This document shows, in pieces, positions 39,569 to 50,656 of a stretch of 64,000 bases of DNA. The position numbers and the translations under genes are program-made. The stretch's first letter is position 1, and each line of letters starts with the position of its first letter. The notes under the pieces were generated by a model. The model was not told the DNA's origin. It saw only the letters and a list, made by a program, of their open reading frames with translations, and searched no databases. Source of the DNA: an uncultured Actinomycetes bacterium (lineage in GTDB: Bacteria > Actinomycetota > Thermoleophilia > UBA2241); assembly GCA_963755025.1 (NCBI GenBank), contig CAVWIH010000013.1, positions 32,001-96,000 on the forward strand, in the 5' to 3' direction.

Positions 39569-42109
39569 GCGCTATCGATCAGATCAGCTACCGGGCGGCG
39601 GCCTCGCTGCGCGAGGCCGAGCAACTCCTGCGCAGCGGCTCCGGCGCGCGCCCGCTGGCGGGCGGCACCGACCTGTTCGGCTCCCTCAAGGACGCCATCC
39701 ACGGCGACGACGCGCCGGTCTTGCTCGTCGACCTGAAGACCGTGCCCGGGCTCGACGGCGTGACCCTCGAGGAGCGTGAGGTGGTGATCGGCGCCCTCAC
39801 CCGGCTGGCCGACCTGGCCTCGAGCGTGCTGGTCGGCGAGCGGCTGCCCATGCTCGCCGGCGCCGCGCGGGCGGTCGCGTCGCCGCAACTGCGCGAGATG
39901 GGCACGGTCGGCGGCAACCTCTGTCAGGAGCCGCGCTGCTGGTACTACCGCTCACCGGTCGACACGTTCCACTGCCATCGCAAGGGCGGCGAGCTCTGCG
40001 CCGCCGCGCTCGGCGACGACCGCTACCACTCCGTCTTTGGCGGCGTGCGCGTCGCAGACCCGCCCTGCACGCAGGCCTGCCCCAACGACACGAGCATCCC
40101 GGCCTACGTCGGCATGCTGCGCGATCTCGACATCGAGAGCGCCGCTCGCGCCCTGCTCGCCCAGAACCCCATGCCGTCGATCACCGGCCGCATCTGCCCG
40201 CACTTCTGCGAGGCGGGCTGCAGTCGCGCCGACCTGGACCAGTCGGTCTCGATCCACAGTCTCGAGCGCGAGGTCGGCGACTACATCCTCGAGGAGCCCT
40301 CGGTCTTTCTGCACCCGCAGAGCGTCGGTTCGCGGAGCGCCGATCCGCTGGTCGCCACGCCATCAGGCGTCGGCTCGGAAGGCGCGCTCAGCGGCAGCGC
40401 CGATCCGCTGGTCGCCGCGCCGCCGGTCGTCGACCCCTGGGCCGCGCCGAACGGCGGCACCATCACCATCGTCGGTTCCGGCCCGGCGGGGCTCACGGCC
40501 GCGTACTACCTGCGGCGCGCCGGCCACGCCGTGACCGTGCTCGAGCGCGAGGCGCGCGCCGGCGGGGCGCTCTCGTTCGGGATCCCGTCCTTCAGGCTGT
40601 CCCGCGGCGTCGTCGACCGCGTGACCGAGCTCTACGCGGCTCTCGGTGTGCGCTTCCGGTTGGGCGTCGAGGTGGGTCGCGACGTCACGCTCGAAGAGCT
40701 TCGCGCCACCTCCGACGCGGTGATCGTCGCCTCCGGCGCCTGCCTTGCCTCACGGATCGGGATCGAGAACGAGAGCGCGACGGTCGCCGGCCTCGACTAC
40801 CTGCGCCAGGCGGCCATCGATGAGCAGTGGCGCGAGTCGGGCGCAGTGGTGGTCGTCGGTGGCGGCAACGTCGCCATCGACAGCGCCATGACGGCGCTGG
40901 CGCGCGGCGCCGAGCGGGTCACCATGGTCTGCCTCGAGTCGCGCGAGGAGATGCCGGCGTTCGACGCGGAGGTCGGCCGACGCCCTGCAAAGCGGCGTGC
41001 GCCTGCAGAACGGCTGGGGACCGCGACGCGTCCGGCTCGAGGGCGGTGCGGTCGCCGGCGTCGAGCTCGTGCGCTGCGTCGCGTGTTCGACGCGGACGGC
41101 GCGTTCTGTCCCACGATGGACGAGGCGGCCACGGACTTCGTCGCCGCCGACAAGGTGATCCTCGCCGTCGGGCAGCGGGTGGACAGGGAGTGGTTCAAGG
41201 ACTTCGTCGCCCCGGAGTGCGGGGCGGGCGCGACCGGTGCGCCCGAGACCGGCGCCATCGAGCCCGCCCGGGCCGGCGACGTCTTCGTCTGCGGCGACGC
41301 GGAGTCGGGGCCGGCGACCGTCGTGGAGGCGATCGCCTCGGGCCGCCGCGCGGCGGCGAGCGTCCACCGCCTGCTTACCGGCGTGGAGCTCGCCGGGGCG
41401 GACGTCGAGGTCGATCCCGCCTACCAGGGCGGCGGCTGAGACCACCGGCGACTGCGCGGGGTCGGCAGAGGCCACCTGCGACTGCGTCGGGTCGGCCGAG
41501 GCCGCAGGCGATCGCGCGAGGTCGGCTGAGGCTACAGGCGACTGTGCAGGGCCGGGCGCGCTGTGTGGCGGCGAGATCACCGAAGAGGCGAAACGCTGTC
41601 TGAACTGCAGCTGCGTGGCTGTGTCGCCCTCTGACCTGGCGCCGGCGCTCGTGGCCCTCGATGCCAGCGTGGAGACCAGCAAGCGCCGGCTACCCGTCGA
41701 GGAGCTGTTCGCCGCCGCCGTGGGCGCCTCTACGGTGCTCGACGACGACGAGATCGTGCTGGCCGTGCGCGTGCCGCTGCCCGGCGCCGGCGACCGCAAC
41801 GTCTTTCAGAAGTTCAGGGAGCGCAAGTGCGTCGACTTCCCGGTCGTCAATCTGGCGGTTCACGTCGGCGTCGTCGACGGCACGGTCACCGACGCACGGC
41901 TGTGCGCCGGCGCCGTGGCGCCCGTGCCGCTCCGCCTGCGAGCGGCGGAGGACGCCCTGGTCGGCGCCCAAGCCGACCTCGCCGCCTGCGACCGGGCGGC
42001 GCGGGCGGCCGTCGCCTCGTGCCGCACGCTCGCCACGAACGCCTACAAACGCCAGATCCTCGAGGCGATGGTCCGCCGGTCGCTCGAAGAGGCCATGGGT
42101 CTGACCTGA
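39565..42109 (+). CDS. XDH FAD-binding subunit with inserted GltD-like Fe-S/pyridine-nucleotide oxidoreductase module; frameshifts ~40975-41080 and ~41420
   Basis: AGGTDL, GTVGGNLCQ; CTQACP, GRICPHFCE, GSGPAG, GGGNVAID; resumes EAKRCLNCSC..PSDLAP..VAPVP.R. Confidence 0.85.
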
Positions 42110-42205
42110 GAAGGTGCCCCTCCGGCCGCCGTCGCTGGCCTTGCGAGGCTCGTCGGCGGTAGGGGGGTCGTCCCCGTCACTGTCGCGACTGCCGAAGGAG
42201 CACGA

Positions 42206-42563
42206 ATGACCGAACCCGCAGGGCGCCTCACCGAAGAACAGCTGCAGCTCATGTTCCGGCACATGCCGGTCGGCCTGAGCGTGGCCGACGAGCACGACGT
42301 GGTGCGGTTCTGGGCGGGCGCCGGCTTTGAGGTCTGCAGCCCGAAGCTCATCGACCGCGACCTGCGGGACTGCCACCCCAAGCGCGCTCACGCTGCCATC
42401 GAGGCGCTGCTCGCCGATTCTCAAGTCCGGGGCGAAAGACGAGGTCGAGACGGTCGAGCACGGCGACCACGGCTCCGAGCGTATCGTCTACACCGCGCTG
42501 CGCGACGCCGACGGGACCTACCGCGGGGTGCTGGAGACGGTCGTGCCGCTGCCCGAGGAGTAG
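42206..42563 (+). CDS. Stand-alone PAS-domain protein (PAS_10-like); frameshift ~42420
   Basis: MPVGLSVADE.D.VRF, DCHP, Y.ALRD.DG.YRG.LE; AAGGAG RBS. Confidence 0.75.
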
Positions 42564-43072
42564 ACGCCGGCGGAGCGGAGGCCGGGGGAGTGTGCCCGGC
42601 GGTCTCGAGGAGCGGCGTCGGTCCTGCGCTGGCGGTACGTTCGTACGCGGCGCGACGTATACTCGTCGTGCGAGCCGGGCTGTCTGCGACCCGACTGCTC
42701 GGGGCGAAAGTCGTCACGTCTGGAGGGTGGGCCATGAAGCGTCAAGGGCCGCTACCGCTTGCAGGCGACGATCGTCAAGACGGCCACGCACCTGGCCGCG
42801 GCGACCACGTGGCGCGGCTTCAGCGTGAGGTAGCCCGCCGGACGACGCCGTTTGCCCTCAAGTCCCGCCGGGCTCGGACGATGGCGCCGGCCAAAGGGTC
42901 GCCCGCGGATCGCCGGTCGTAGCACGCTTACGCCTCGCCCGGTGGCGTTCCCGGCACGCCTGGGCGCTCACCGCCGTCGTGCACCCGCCCCGTTTCACCG
43001 GCCCCGTTTGCCGCGTGCTACCCTGCCATGAACGTCACCTTCGTCCCTGTCCGTGCGGACGCCGGGAGGGCA

Positions 43073-44440
43073 ATGAAGCGCTGGTTGACAGGGGTCGTCT
43101 GCGCCGCCGCGGCGGTCGTCGCGGCGGTCGTCGCGCCGACAACGGCGGCGGCTGCGGGGCGGCCCCAGGTCCACACCCACCCCCTGGTCGGCTCCTCGGC
43201 GCCGCTGCCCGTGCAGCCCCGCCTGGGCGGCCAGGCCGCCCGCGCGGCGCCGACCTCGTCGCTCAACTGGGCCGGCTACGACGTGACCGGCGGGCCCTTC
43301 ACGAGCGTCACGGCGACCTGGACCCAACCGCGCGTGCGGGTGTCCGCGACTGAGAACGACGCCGCGTTCTGGGTCGGACTCGACGGTGACACCTCGAACA
43401 CCGTCGAGCAGATCGGCACCGAGGGCTTCAACCAGCTCGATGTCGGCTACGACGCCTGGTACGAGATCTATCCGGCCGGTCCTGTCTCGGTCCCCCTGAC
43501 GATCCGCCCCGGCGACGTGCTGACCGGCACGGTGTCCAGTCCCGACGGGGTCACCTTCACGCTCTCGCTCGTCGACCACACGAGCAAGGAGTCGTTTCAG
43601 ACGGTGCAGACGGTGGATACCGCGGCGACGCTGTCCTCTGCCGAGGCGATCGCCGAGGCGCCGACCGACGACCACGGCAATGTCGTGCCGCTGGCGAACT
43701 TCGGCCTCGTGCCGTTCAGCTCCTACGACGTCGACGGCCAGCCGATCGGTGACTTCGCCTGGAACCAGATCGACATGATCGATGCCGGTGGCACGCTCAT
43801 CGCCCGGACGTCGGCACTGGGCGCCAACGGCACCGGCTTCACCGTCGTCACCGATCTGACGGCGCCGACCACGAAGGTCGCCGGCGCCGGCTCGGGCTGG
43901 CACGACCGGGCGGTGACCCTGCACCTTACGGCCACCGACAATCCCGGCGGCACCGGAGTGGCCTACACCGAGTCCTCGCTCGACCAGGGCGCCACCTGGA
44001 CGAAGGGCCGCGCGCTCACCGTGCCGGCCCTCAGCGATCACACGAACGACGGCGCGCACGCGATCCTCTACCGTTCGGCCGACAAGGCCGGCAACCTCGA
44101 GAAGAGCCGCAGCGTCACGGTCCGCATAGACACGCGCCGTCCGACCCCGGTGGCCGATCAGGCTGCCGCCGCCGTTCGTGGCGGCCGCGCCACCCTGCCC
44201 TTCTCGATCGGCGACCCGCGTCCCGGCAGCGCCACGGCGACCGTGACGATCCGCATCGTCGACTCGCGCGGCAAGCTCGCGCAGAAGGCGGTGCTCAGAG
44301 CCGTCAAGGTCGACAGCCCCAGAAGCTACAGCTTCATCTGCCGGCTCGCCAAGGGGCGCTACCGCTTCTTCGTCTACGCCACCGACGCGGCCGGTAACAC
44401 ACAAACGCAGGCGGCGGTCAATCAGCTGGTGGTGCGCTGA
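43073..44440 (+). CDS. Secreted G1-family glutamic peptidase (A4-like) with shared Ig-like C-terminal module
   Basis: SSLNWAGY, WVGLDG, EQIGT, AWYE.YP, SAEAIAEAP. Confidence 0.85.
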   Translation: MKRWLTGVVCAAAAVVAAVVAPTTAAAAGRPQVHTHPLVGSSAPLPVQPRLGGQAARAAPTSSLNWAGYDVTGGPFTSVTATWTQPRVRVSATENDAAFWVGLDGDTSNTVEQIGTEGFNQLDVGYDAWYEIYPAGPVSVPLTIRPGDVLTGTVSSPDGVTFTLSLVDHTSKESFQTVQTVDTAATLSSAEAIAEAPTDDHGNVVPLANFGLVPFSSYDVDGQPIGDFAWNQIDMIDAGGTLIARTSALGANGTGFTVVTDLTAPTTKVAGAGSGWHDRAVTLHLTATDNPGGTGVAYTESSLDQGATWTKGRALTVPALSDHTNDGAHAILYRSADKAGNLEKSRSVTVRIDTRRPTPVADQAAAAVRGGRATLPFSIGDPRPGSATATVTIRIVDSRGKLAQKAVLRAVKVDSPRSYSFICRLAKGRYRFFVYATDAAGNTQTQAAVNQLVVR

Positions 44441-44474
44441 TATGGCGCGCTGACCGTCAAGCAGGCACGCTGAC

Positions 44475-44498
44475 GCCGCCGACCTGCAGGTCGGCGGC
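44475..44498. terminator. 24-bp perfect palindrome between convergent genes
   Basis: GCCGCCGACCTGCAGGTCGGCGGC. Confidence 0.5.
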
Positions 44499-44562
44499 CC
44501 GGTTGATCGCTGGGCGGCGGCCGATCAGGCGGCGGCCGGTCGGCGGGTCGCCCCGAGGGCTT

Positions 44563-45120
44563 TCAGCCGCTGGTCGGAGCGCCCCGAAACGTCGCGTAGT
44601 CGGGTCGCGCGAGCCCCATGGCTAAGCCGAGGGTGTTCCAGAAGCCAGGCGAGCGCGCCAGCCAGCGCGTGGTCCCGAGGCCTCGTACGGTCTGGGCCCC
44701 CGTCGCGGCGATGCTGATCGCGGGCAAGGATCCGTTCGGCGTGGCGAAGGTCAGCCGGTAGGTGATCCCCAGGTCGATCGGCGCGTTGAGCGCGGTCGCC
44801 GGCATGGCGGGCAGGGCAAGGAGGGCGCGCGCCACCGTGCGGACCTCGACCGGGTCGCCGACCGTGACCTTCTCCGGAAAGCTGAAGCCCAGGTGGTTTT
44901 GCGGAAACGCGTCGCTGCGCACCACGACCAGACGATCGAGGTGGTCCAGCTCCCGTTCCAGGGCGGTCGCCGGCGACGCGCTCGGGGCAGGAGTCCGGCT
45001 GCCGCTCGAGGCCGCGCTTCCGCAGGCGGCCAGGCCGAGCGCGATCGCGAGCAGGGCCGCCGCGAGCAGGGCGACCGCGAACCTCGCGGCGGCGTGCGGC
45101 GCCGCGGCGCTGGGGCGCAC
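44563..45120 (-). CDS. Putative lipoprotein
   Basis: Hydrophobic signal with lipobox LAAC; start uncertain. Confidence 0.65.
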   Translation of the reverse strand: MRPSAAAPHAAARFAVALLAAALLAIALGLAACGSAASSGSRTPAPSASPATALERELDHLDRLVVVRSDAFPQNHLGFSFPEKVTVGDPVEVRTVARALLALPAMPATALNAPIDLGITYRLTFATPNGSLPAISIAATGAQTVRGLGTTRWLARSPGFWNTLGLAMGLARPDYATFRGAPTSG

Positions 45121-45268
45121 GTCGCCTGCGGCGCGGTCGCCTGCGGCGCGGTCGCCTGCGGCGCGGTCGCCCGTTTGCCGCGGAGTAGCCGGTGGTGAGC
45201 GTTCATGCGCCCTCCCTTTCGGTGGCCGGCGCGGTGTCGCTACCTCCGCGCCAGACTACTTCGGTCGG

Positions 45269-46015
45269 TCACAGGGAGTGACGTTCCACCAAGGCATCGG
45301 GTTCGTTCAGGCTCAGGCTCCGGTGATCGCTCGACAGGACACCGACGGTCGAGTCGCCTCCGCAGAAGTGCGCGATCATCGCCTGAAGCTCCTCGCAGAT
45401 GGCCAGAGCGTCGGCCTTTCCGAGCGGCGGCAGGCAATCGACATTGACGATCAGGGCGGTCGTTGTGGGCAGCAGGATGGTGTGGCGCGCCTGCCGCCAG
45501 ATCCAGCGGCGCGCCAGCACGACGTCTCCGTCGGCGAGAATGAACTCCCCCGCTGGGGGCGTCTCTTCATCGTCGGAGCCAAACGGCACGAACGTCTCGC
45601 GCCCAGTGGCGGGGCGCAGGTCCATGCCGTCGATCAGCACGTCGATCGCGTGGCCGCCGATGGGCACGAGGCGTCTCAGCGAGACCGTGTTGCCGATGTC
45701 CACGAGCGCGCCGATGGAGGGCAGCTGCTGGTCCTTGAGCGCCCTCCTGGCCATGGCGTCCACGGAGGGCCGATAGTCGCTGGGTCTCATGCCGAGCGCC
45801 TTGAACGCCTCGCGCCAGGCGGCGATGCGAGGGTCGAGGGCCAGCTCGTCGGGCGCGACGCTCTGCCGCACAGAGTCCTCGGCCTGCCGCAACAGCTTCA
45901 CCAGCTCCGGCGACGACGGGCCGTTGGCGACGCCGCGAGCGATGACGACGCCGCGCACGTAGTCGGGGAAGGCCTCGAACACCGCGTCGGCTACCGTGTA
46001 GCGCTTGTCATTCAT
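45269..46015 (-). CDS. B3/B4 domain protein (tRNA-editing/PheRS-like)
   Basis: WREAF..G..PS.YRPS.DA..RR, LVDIGN.VSL, G.E.F.P.G, RRW.WRQ. Confidence 0.88.
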   Translation of the reverse strand: MNDKRYTVADAVFEAFPDYVRGVVIARGVANGPSSPELVKLLRQAEDSVRQSVAPDELALDPRIAAWREAFKALGMRPSDYRPSVDAMARRALKDQQLPSIGALVDIGNTVSLRRLVPIGGHAIDVLIDGMDLRPATGRETFVPFGSDDEETPPAGEFILADGDVVLARRWIWRQARHTILLPTTTALIVNVDCLPPLGKADALAICEELQAMIAHFCGGDSTVGVLSSDHRSLSLNEPDALVERHSL

Positions 46016-46108
46016 CTGGGCTCCCCCCTGTTCACGATCGTCTCCTGCACGCCATCGTCCTCGGCCGGCCCTGCAGCGGTCGAGCGTTCGCGAGCCGGCG
46101 GCGACCGA

Positions 46109-46137
46109 TTTGACACACCCCGCCGAGTCGGTCAGCT
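46109..46137 (+). promoter_or_regulatory. Candidate sigma70-type promoter
   Basis: TTGACA-17 bp-CAGCTT, ~95 bp upstream of the SBP gene. Confidence 0.4.
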
Positions 46138-46230
46138 TACCAGGGAGTCTTGCCGATGCGGCGTGCCGGGGTGGGGTGCCCACGACGGCCGCCGCACCGC
46201 CGCCAACCAGAGACAAGAGGGGGAGCCGTC

Positions 46231-47901
46231 ATGCGACAGCGGGTCATGGTTCGGGTGTTGGTGGCCGTGCTGGGCGCCGGCCTGCTCGCGGCGCTCGGCG
46301 CCTGCGGCGGGGGCGCCTCGTCGGCGTCGGCGCCGTCGGGCTCGGCCTCTCCGACCAGGGGCGGCACGCTGGTCGTAACCTTCCAGGCCGAGCCGGTGAC
46401 ACTCGACCCGGCGATCGACTTCGAGGGCCCCGGTTGGGCCATCGAGCATTGCATCTTCGGCAACCTGCTCAACTACTCCAGCGGCCCCGGCTCGGCCGGC
46501 ACCAAGATCGTCCCTGACATGGCTACCGTGGTGCCGACCGTGGCCAACGGCGGCATCACCAACGGCGGCAAGACCTACATCTTCCACATCAGGCCGGGCA
46601 TCAAGTTCGCCCCTCCCGTGAACCGCGAGGTCACCGCCGCCGACTTCGTCTACAGCTTCCAGCGCATGATGAGCCTGCCCACGGCGCCGGCCAAGGGTTA
46701 CTACGCCGGCATCGTCGGCCTGCAGGCCTTCCTGAACGGCAAGGCCAAGACCATCGCCGGCTACAAGGCGACCGGCAAGTACACCCTCGAGGTCGACCTC
46801 GAGCAGCCCATCGCCACCTTCCTGAACATCATGGAGATGCCCTTCAGCGCACCGGTGGCCAAAGAGTGGGTCGCCAGGTGGGGCAAGCAGGTCGGTCGGC
46901 ACCCGCTGGGCACCGGCCCCTACGTCGCCGACTCACTGGACGGCCAGCCAGGACCTGCTGCTCACGCGCAACACGAACTACACGGGAACGGCGGGGTACG
47001 TCGACGCCATCGCAGTTCGAGTTCTCGATCACGCCGACCACCGCCGTGCTCAAGGTGCAGAGCGGCGACGCCGACCTGCTGGGCGACTACATCCCGCCGG
47101 CCAACTTCCCGAGCCTGAGCGTCAACCCGCACGTGGAAGAGCCAGGTGGTGGTCGAGCCGGCCGTGGCCCTCAACTGCCTGTTCTTCAACGACACGGTCA
47201 AGCCGTTCGACAACGTGGCCGTGCGCCAGGCGCTGTCGTGGGCCATCGACCGCGCCAAGATCGTCAAGCTGCTGTCGGGCACCGGTCTGCCGCTCAACCA
47301 GATCTACCCGGCCGGCCTGCCCGGCCACGTCGACGGAGCCGCCGGTGACTTCTACGGCTACGACGCCGCCAAGGCCAAACAACTGCTGGCCGCGGCCGGT
47401 TACCCGAACGGCTTCTCCACCACCCTCTACTCCAGCAACGTGGCGCCCTGGCCGACGCTGCTGCAGTCGATCCAGTACGACTTCGCGCAGATCGGCGTGA
47501 AGGCGAACATCAAGCTGCTCGACCAGTCGTCGTACTGGACGCTGATCGGCAAGAAGGGCGCCGCCGCGACGGGCCTGAACAACTGGTGGATGGACTACCC
47601 CGACCCGTTCGACTATATCAACGGCATGCTCAGCAAGAGCTCGGCGATCGACGAGGGCAGCAACCCGAGCTTCTGGTGGGACCCCAAGATCGAGAAGGGC
47701 CTGCTGCAGGCGCAGGCGATGCTCGACCCGGCCGCTCGCCTGGCGAAGTTCGACCAGATGCAGTCGTATATCATGAGCCAGGCCCCGCTGGTGCCGCTCT
47801 ACCAGTCCGTGGTCACCACGCTGCACTCCAAGCGCACCGGCGGCATCTACCTGCACCCGGTGTGGATCTTCGACTTCCAGCATTACTGGATCGACAAGTG
47901 A
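46231..47901 (+). CDS. ABC transporter substrate-binding lipoprotein (family 5, Opp/Dpp type); frameshifts ~46930-47130
   Basis: Lipobox LGAC, TLDPA, VTAADFVYS, GTGPY, PFDN..VRQAL, AK.LLA.AGYP.GF. Confidence 0.88.
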
Positions 47902-47953
47902 CGGCAGCGACCGGCGATGCGGCACCCTGAACCGACTACCGAATGAGGCGCTG

Positions 47954-48859
47954 ATGGACCTGCAGACGAGCTCGCCGGGCGCCGTGCGCTACCGCGCCAG
48001 CATCAACGGCCGGCTGTGCGACCTCGCCGACGCCGCCATTCCGGCGACCGACGACGGGCTGCTGCGCGGCGACGGCTGCTTCGAGTACTTCCGCGTCTAC
48101 CTGGGGCGGCCGTTCCTGCTGTCCGAGCACTTCGACCGCATGGCGCGCTCGTGCGACGTGCTGCGCCTCCCCTTTCCGCGAGCGGCGCTCGAGGCCGACA
48201 TCGACGCGCTCCTCGCGGCGATGGCCGCCGACGGCCAGGCCGGCGTGAGCTTCGACGTGCGCATCGTCCTCACCCGAGGGGGCAACCGCGTGGTCCTCGC
48301 CCACCCGCCCCTGACGGGTCTCGGCGCCGTGGCGCTCGCCCTGGTGACCGACCAGCCACGGCCCTGCCTGATCGGCGCCAAGACGATCTCGTATGCGGCG
48401 AACATGCTCGCCCAGCGTCTCGCGCGGGAGCGCGGCTTCGACGAAGCGCTGCTGGTGTCTCCCGACGGGCACGTCCTCGAGGCCCAGACCGGCGCCATCT
48501 TCTGGGTCGCCGCCGACGGCGCGCTCTGCACCCCGCCGCTCACCGAAGGCATCCTCGACTCGATCACTCGCCGGGTGCTGCGCCGACGCCTCAGCATCGC
48601 CGAACGCAGCTGCGAGACCAGCGACATCATGGCCGCCGCCGAGGTCTTCGTGGCGGCGAGCAGCTGGGAGGTCCGGCCGGTGGGGCGCGTCGACGACCAG
48701 GTGTACGGCGACGCGCCGGGGCCGGCCACTCGCGACGCGCTCAAGGCGCTGTGGTGCGCGGTCGAAGACGACACCGGCCTCGACCTCGCGCCCCATTTCG
48801 CGCAGGCCGCCAGCCCCGAGTTCGTGCTCGCCGCCTGGCGGGACCGCCACTCGAGCTAA
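47954..48859 (+). CDS. Class IV PLP-dependent aminotransferase
   Basis: GDG.FE, HFDR, AKTISY, DEALL, ILDSITR. Confidence 0.9.
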   Translation: MDLQTSSPGAVRYRASINGRLCDLADAAIPATDDGLLRGDGCFEYFRVYLGRPFLLSEHFDRMARSCDVLRLPFPRAALEADIDALLAAMAADGQAGVSFDVRIVLTRGGNRVVLAHPPLTGLGAVALALVTDQPRPCLIGAKTISYAANMLAQRLARERGFDEALLVSPDGHVLEAQTGAIFWVAADGALCTPPLTEGILDSITRRVLRRRLSIAERSCETSDIMAAAEVFVAASSWEVRPVGRVDDQVYGDAPGPATRDALKALWCAVEDDTGLDLAPHFAQAASPEFVLAAWRDRHSS

Positions 48860-48896
48860 CGCGCCGAGGGGCGGCTCGCGCGCCGGGGCGCGCCGG

Positions 48897-49835
48897 TCAG
48901 TGCACGTGCGGCAGGGTCGCCAGGAACACCCCCGTGAGGGTGATGGCGGCGCCCAGCACAAGGCGGGCGCCGAGGCGCTCTCGCAAGAAGACGATCCCGC
49001 CGACGATCGCGAAGATGGGCGACGTGGCCACGATCAGCGTAGTGAGCACCGGTCCAATCTGGTCGATCAGCACGTACCACATGACCGTGAACAACGCGTT
49101 CAGCACGCCGGCCGCCACGAGCAGGCCGACGACCCGGCGCCGCTCTCCGGCGCCCAGCGGCGCCACAAGGAGCGGCCGGCGGCGCGCGAGCATGAAGGGC
49201 GCCAGCAGCACCACGCCGAGGGCCTCGCCGAGCACCATCATGGTCGTGCTCGCGCCGTGCGTCGAGCGCTCGGCGAGCTCGATCATCACCGGGCTGAAGC
49301 CCCACCCCGCGGCGGTCACGAGCGACAGGACGACGACCGTGCGGGCCGATGCCGGCAACGGCGGGCCGGCGGCGCCTTCGAGCGCCGGCGCGTGAGGTTC
49401 GGGTTCGTCGTCCATCCAGCGCGAGATCAGGGCCACGCCGGCAAACGCCACCAGCAGCCCCACGATCGTCAGGCCCACGATGGCCGTGCCCACGATGAGC
49501 GCCGCAAACCCGGCCGTGAACAGCGGGTCGGTGCAGGTCAGCGGTCCGACGACGCCCACCCTGCCGGAGCGTAGCGCGGAGTAGTAGGCGGTGAAGGCGA
49601 TCAGCCAGGTGACCGACGAGCCGATGGCGATGTAGCCCACGGCCGTCCAGGTCATGGTGAAGCCGAGCGACCAGAGATGCAGCAGGCTGAGCGGCGCCGC
49701 GACCGCCACGAGGCTCACGGTCGAGACGACGAGCACGAAGAAGTTCACCGGGATCGGGCGCACGTGCTCGAGGACCTGCTTGTTGAGCACCACGATCAGG
49801 CCCCAGCAGGCGGCGGCCAGAAAGGCTACGCCCAC
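48897..49835 (-). CDS. DMT/EamA family transporter
   Basis: About 10 hydrophobic segments; P.F..FLRERL; start uncertain. Confidence 0.85.
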   Translation of the reverse strand: MGVAFLAAACWGLIVVLNKQVLEHVRPIPVNFFVLVVSTVSLVAVAAPLSLLHLWSLGFTMTWTAVGYIAIGSSVTWLIAFTAYYSALRSGRVGVVGPLTCTDPLFTAGFAALIVGTAIVGLTIVGLLVAFAGVALISRWMDDEPEPHAPALEGAAGPPLPASARTVVVLSLVTAAGWGFSPVMIELAERSTHGASTTMMVLGEALGVVLLAPFMLARRRPLLVAPLGAGERRRVVGLLVAAGVLNALFTVMWYVLIDQIGPVLTTLIVATSPIFAIVGGIVFLRERLGARLVLGAAITLTGVFLATLPHVH

Positions 49836-50124
49836 CCAGACAAGAAAGCCCCCCGAGATCTGCCACCTCCGCGCCGGTGCGCACTGGGCGCAAGCCCGCA
49901 GGTGCGGGACTGAGCGACAGTCTATCAACGACGCGTCGCGAAGATCGTGAGCCGCTTGCTCGCCGGGTGAAGGTTGGCCGCAGCGGCACAGTCGCGGGGC
50001 CGAGCTTCGGCACGACTGCGGTTCTCTACCTGTTCAAGGTCCTGGGGCCATGACCCGATGAAGAAGATAGTTGCTGCTACGCCGATCGAGTACATGATCG
50101 CCGTCCAGACCGACAACGCGGACC

Positions 50125-50253
50125 GCCGACGGCACCGGCGAGTTCACCTTCACGCAGAAGAACCTCGACAAGTCGACCCGTTTCACGGCGATCTGGAACG
50201 GCGACGACTCCGACCTCGGCGCCACCGCGACGGCCGTCGTCAGGGTGAAGTAA
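50125..50253 (+). pseudogene. Orphan C-terminal fragment of an Ig-like surface protein
   Basis: ADGTGEFTFT..TRFTAIWNGD..ATATAVVRVK* with no in-frame upstream gene. Confidence 0.45.
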
Positions 50254-50285
50254 GACAGCAGCCTGTGTTCCGCGCATGCGCGTCC

Positions 50286-50329
50286 GCGACGGGGGCGGGG
50301 TGGCTCGGCAGCCACCCCGCCCCCGTCGC
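50286..50329 (+). terminator. Strong hairpin (20-bp stem)
   Basis: GCGACGGGGGCGGGGTGGCT-CGGC-AGCCACCCCGCCCCCGTCGC. Confidence 0.7.
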
Positions 50330-50656
50330 TCGTTTGCGGTCGCACTCTGAGCGGGCAGGGCGACGGCGGCTGGTCGCGATGCTTCGACGCCGCCGTGTCT
50401 GGGCAGTTTCACAGCGTTCGCTCAGCGGTTCGCCAGCACCGGGGGTTACACTGCCAGAGTCGCCATCGGCCACGGAGGTGCGGAGACGACGATCGCCTTT
50501 GGACGGCCTTGCCATCGGCCGACCCGGGCGCGACACTGAGATCCAGTGAGCTGCTCCTTCTCGGGCAGCGCGCGATCCAATCCGGGCAGCGCGCGATCCT
50601 CGACGACCGATCGTCGCCGCCTTGCGGGACCGCTTTGACGGCGGAGATGCGTAGAC

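Noticed and set aside
41437-41439. TGA in the XDH flavoprotein as selenocysteine
   Set aside because: The protein continues in a different frame (ORF 41237..42109), so read-through would not restore it.
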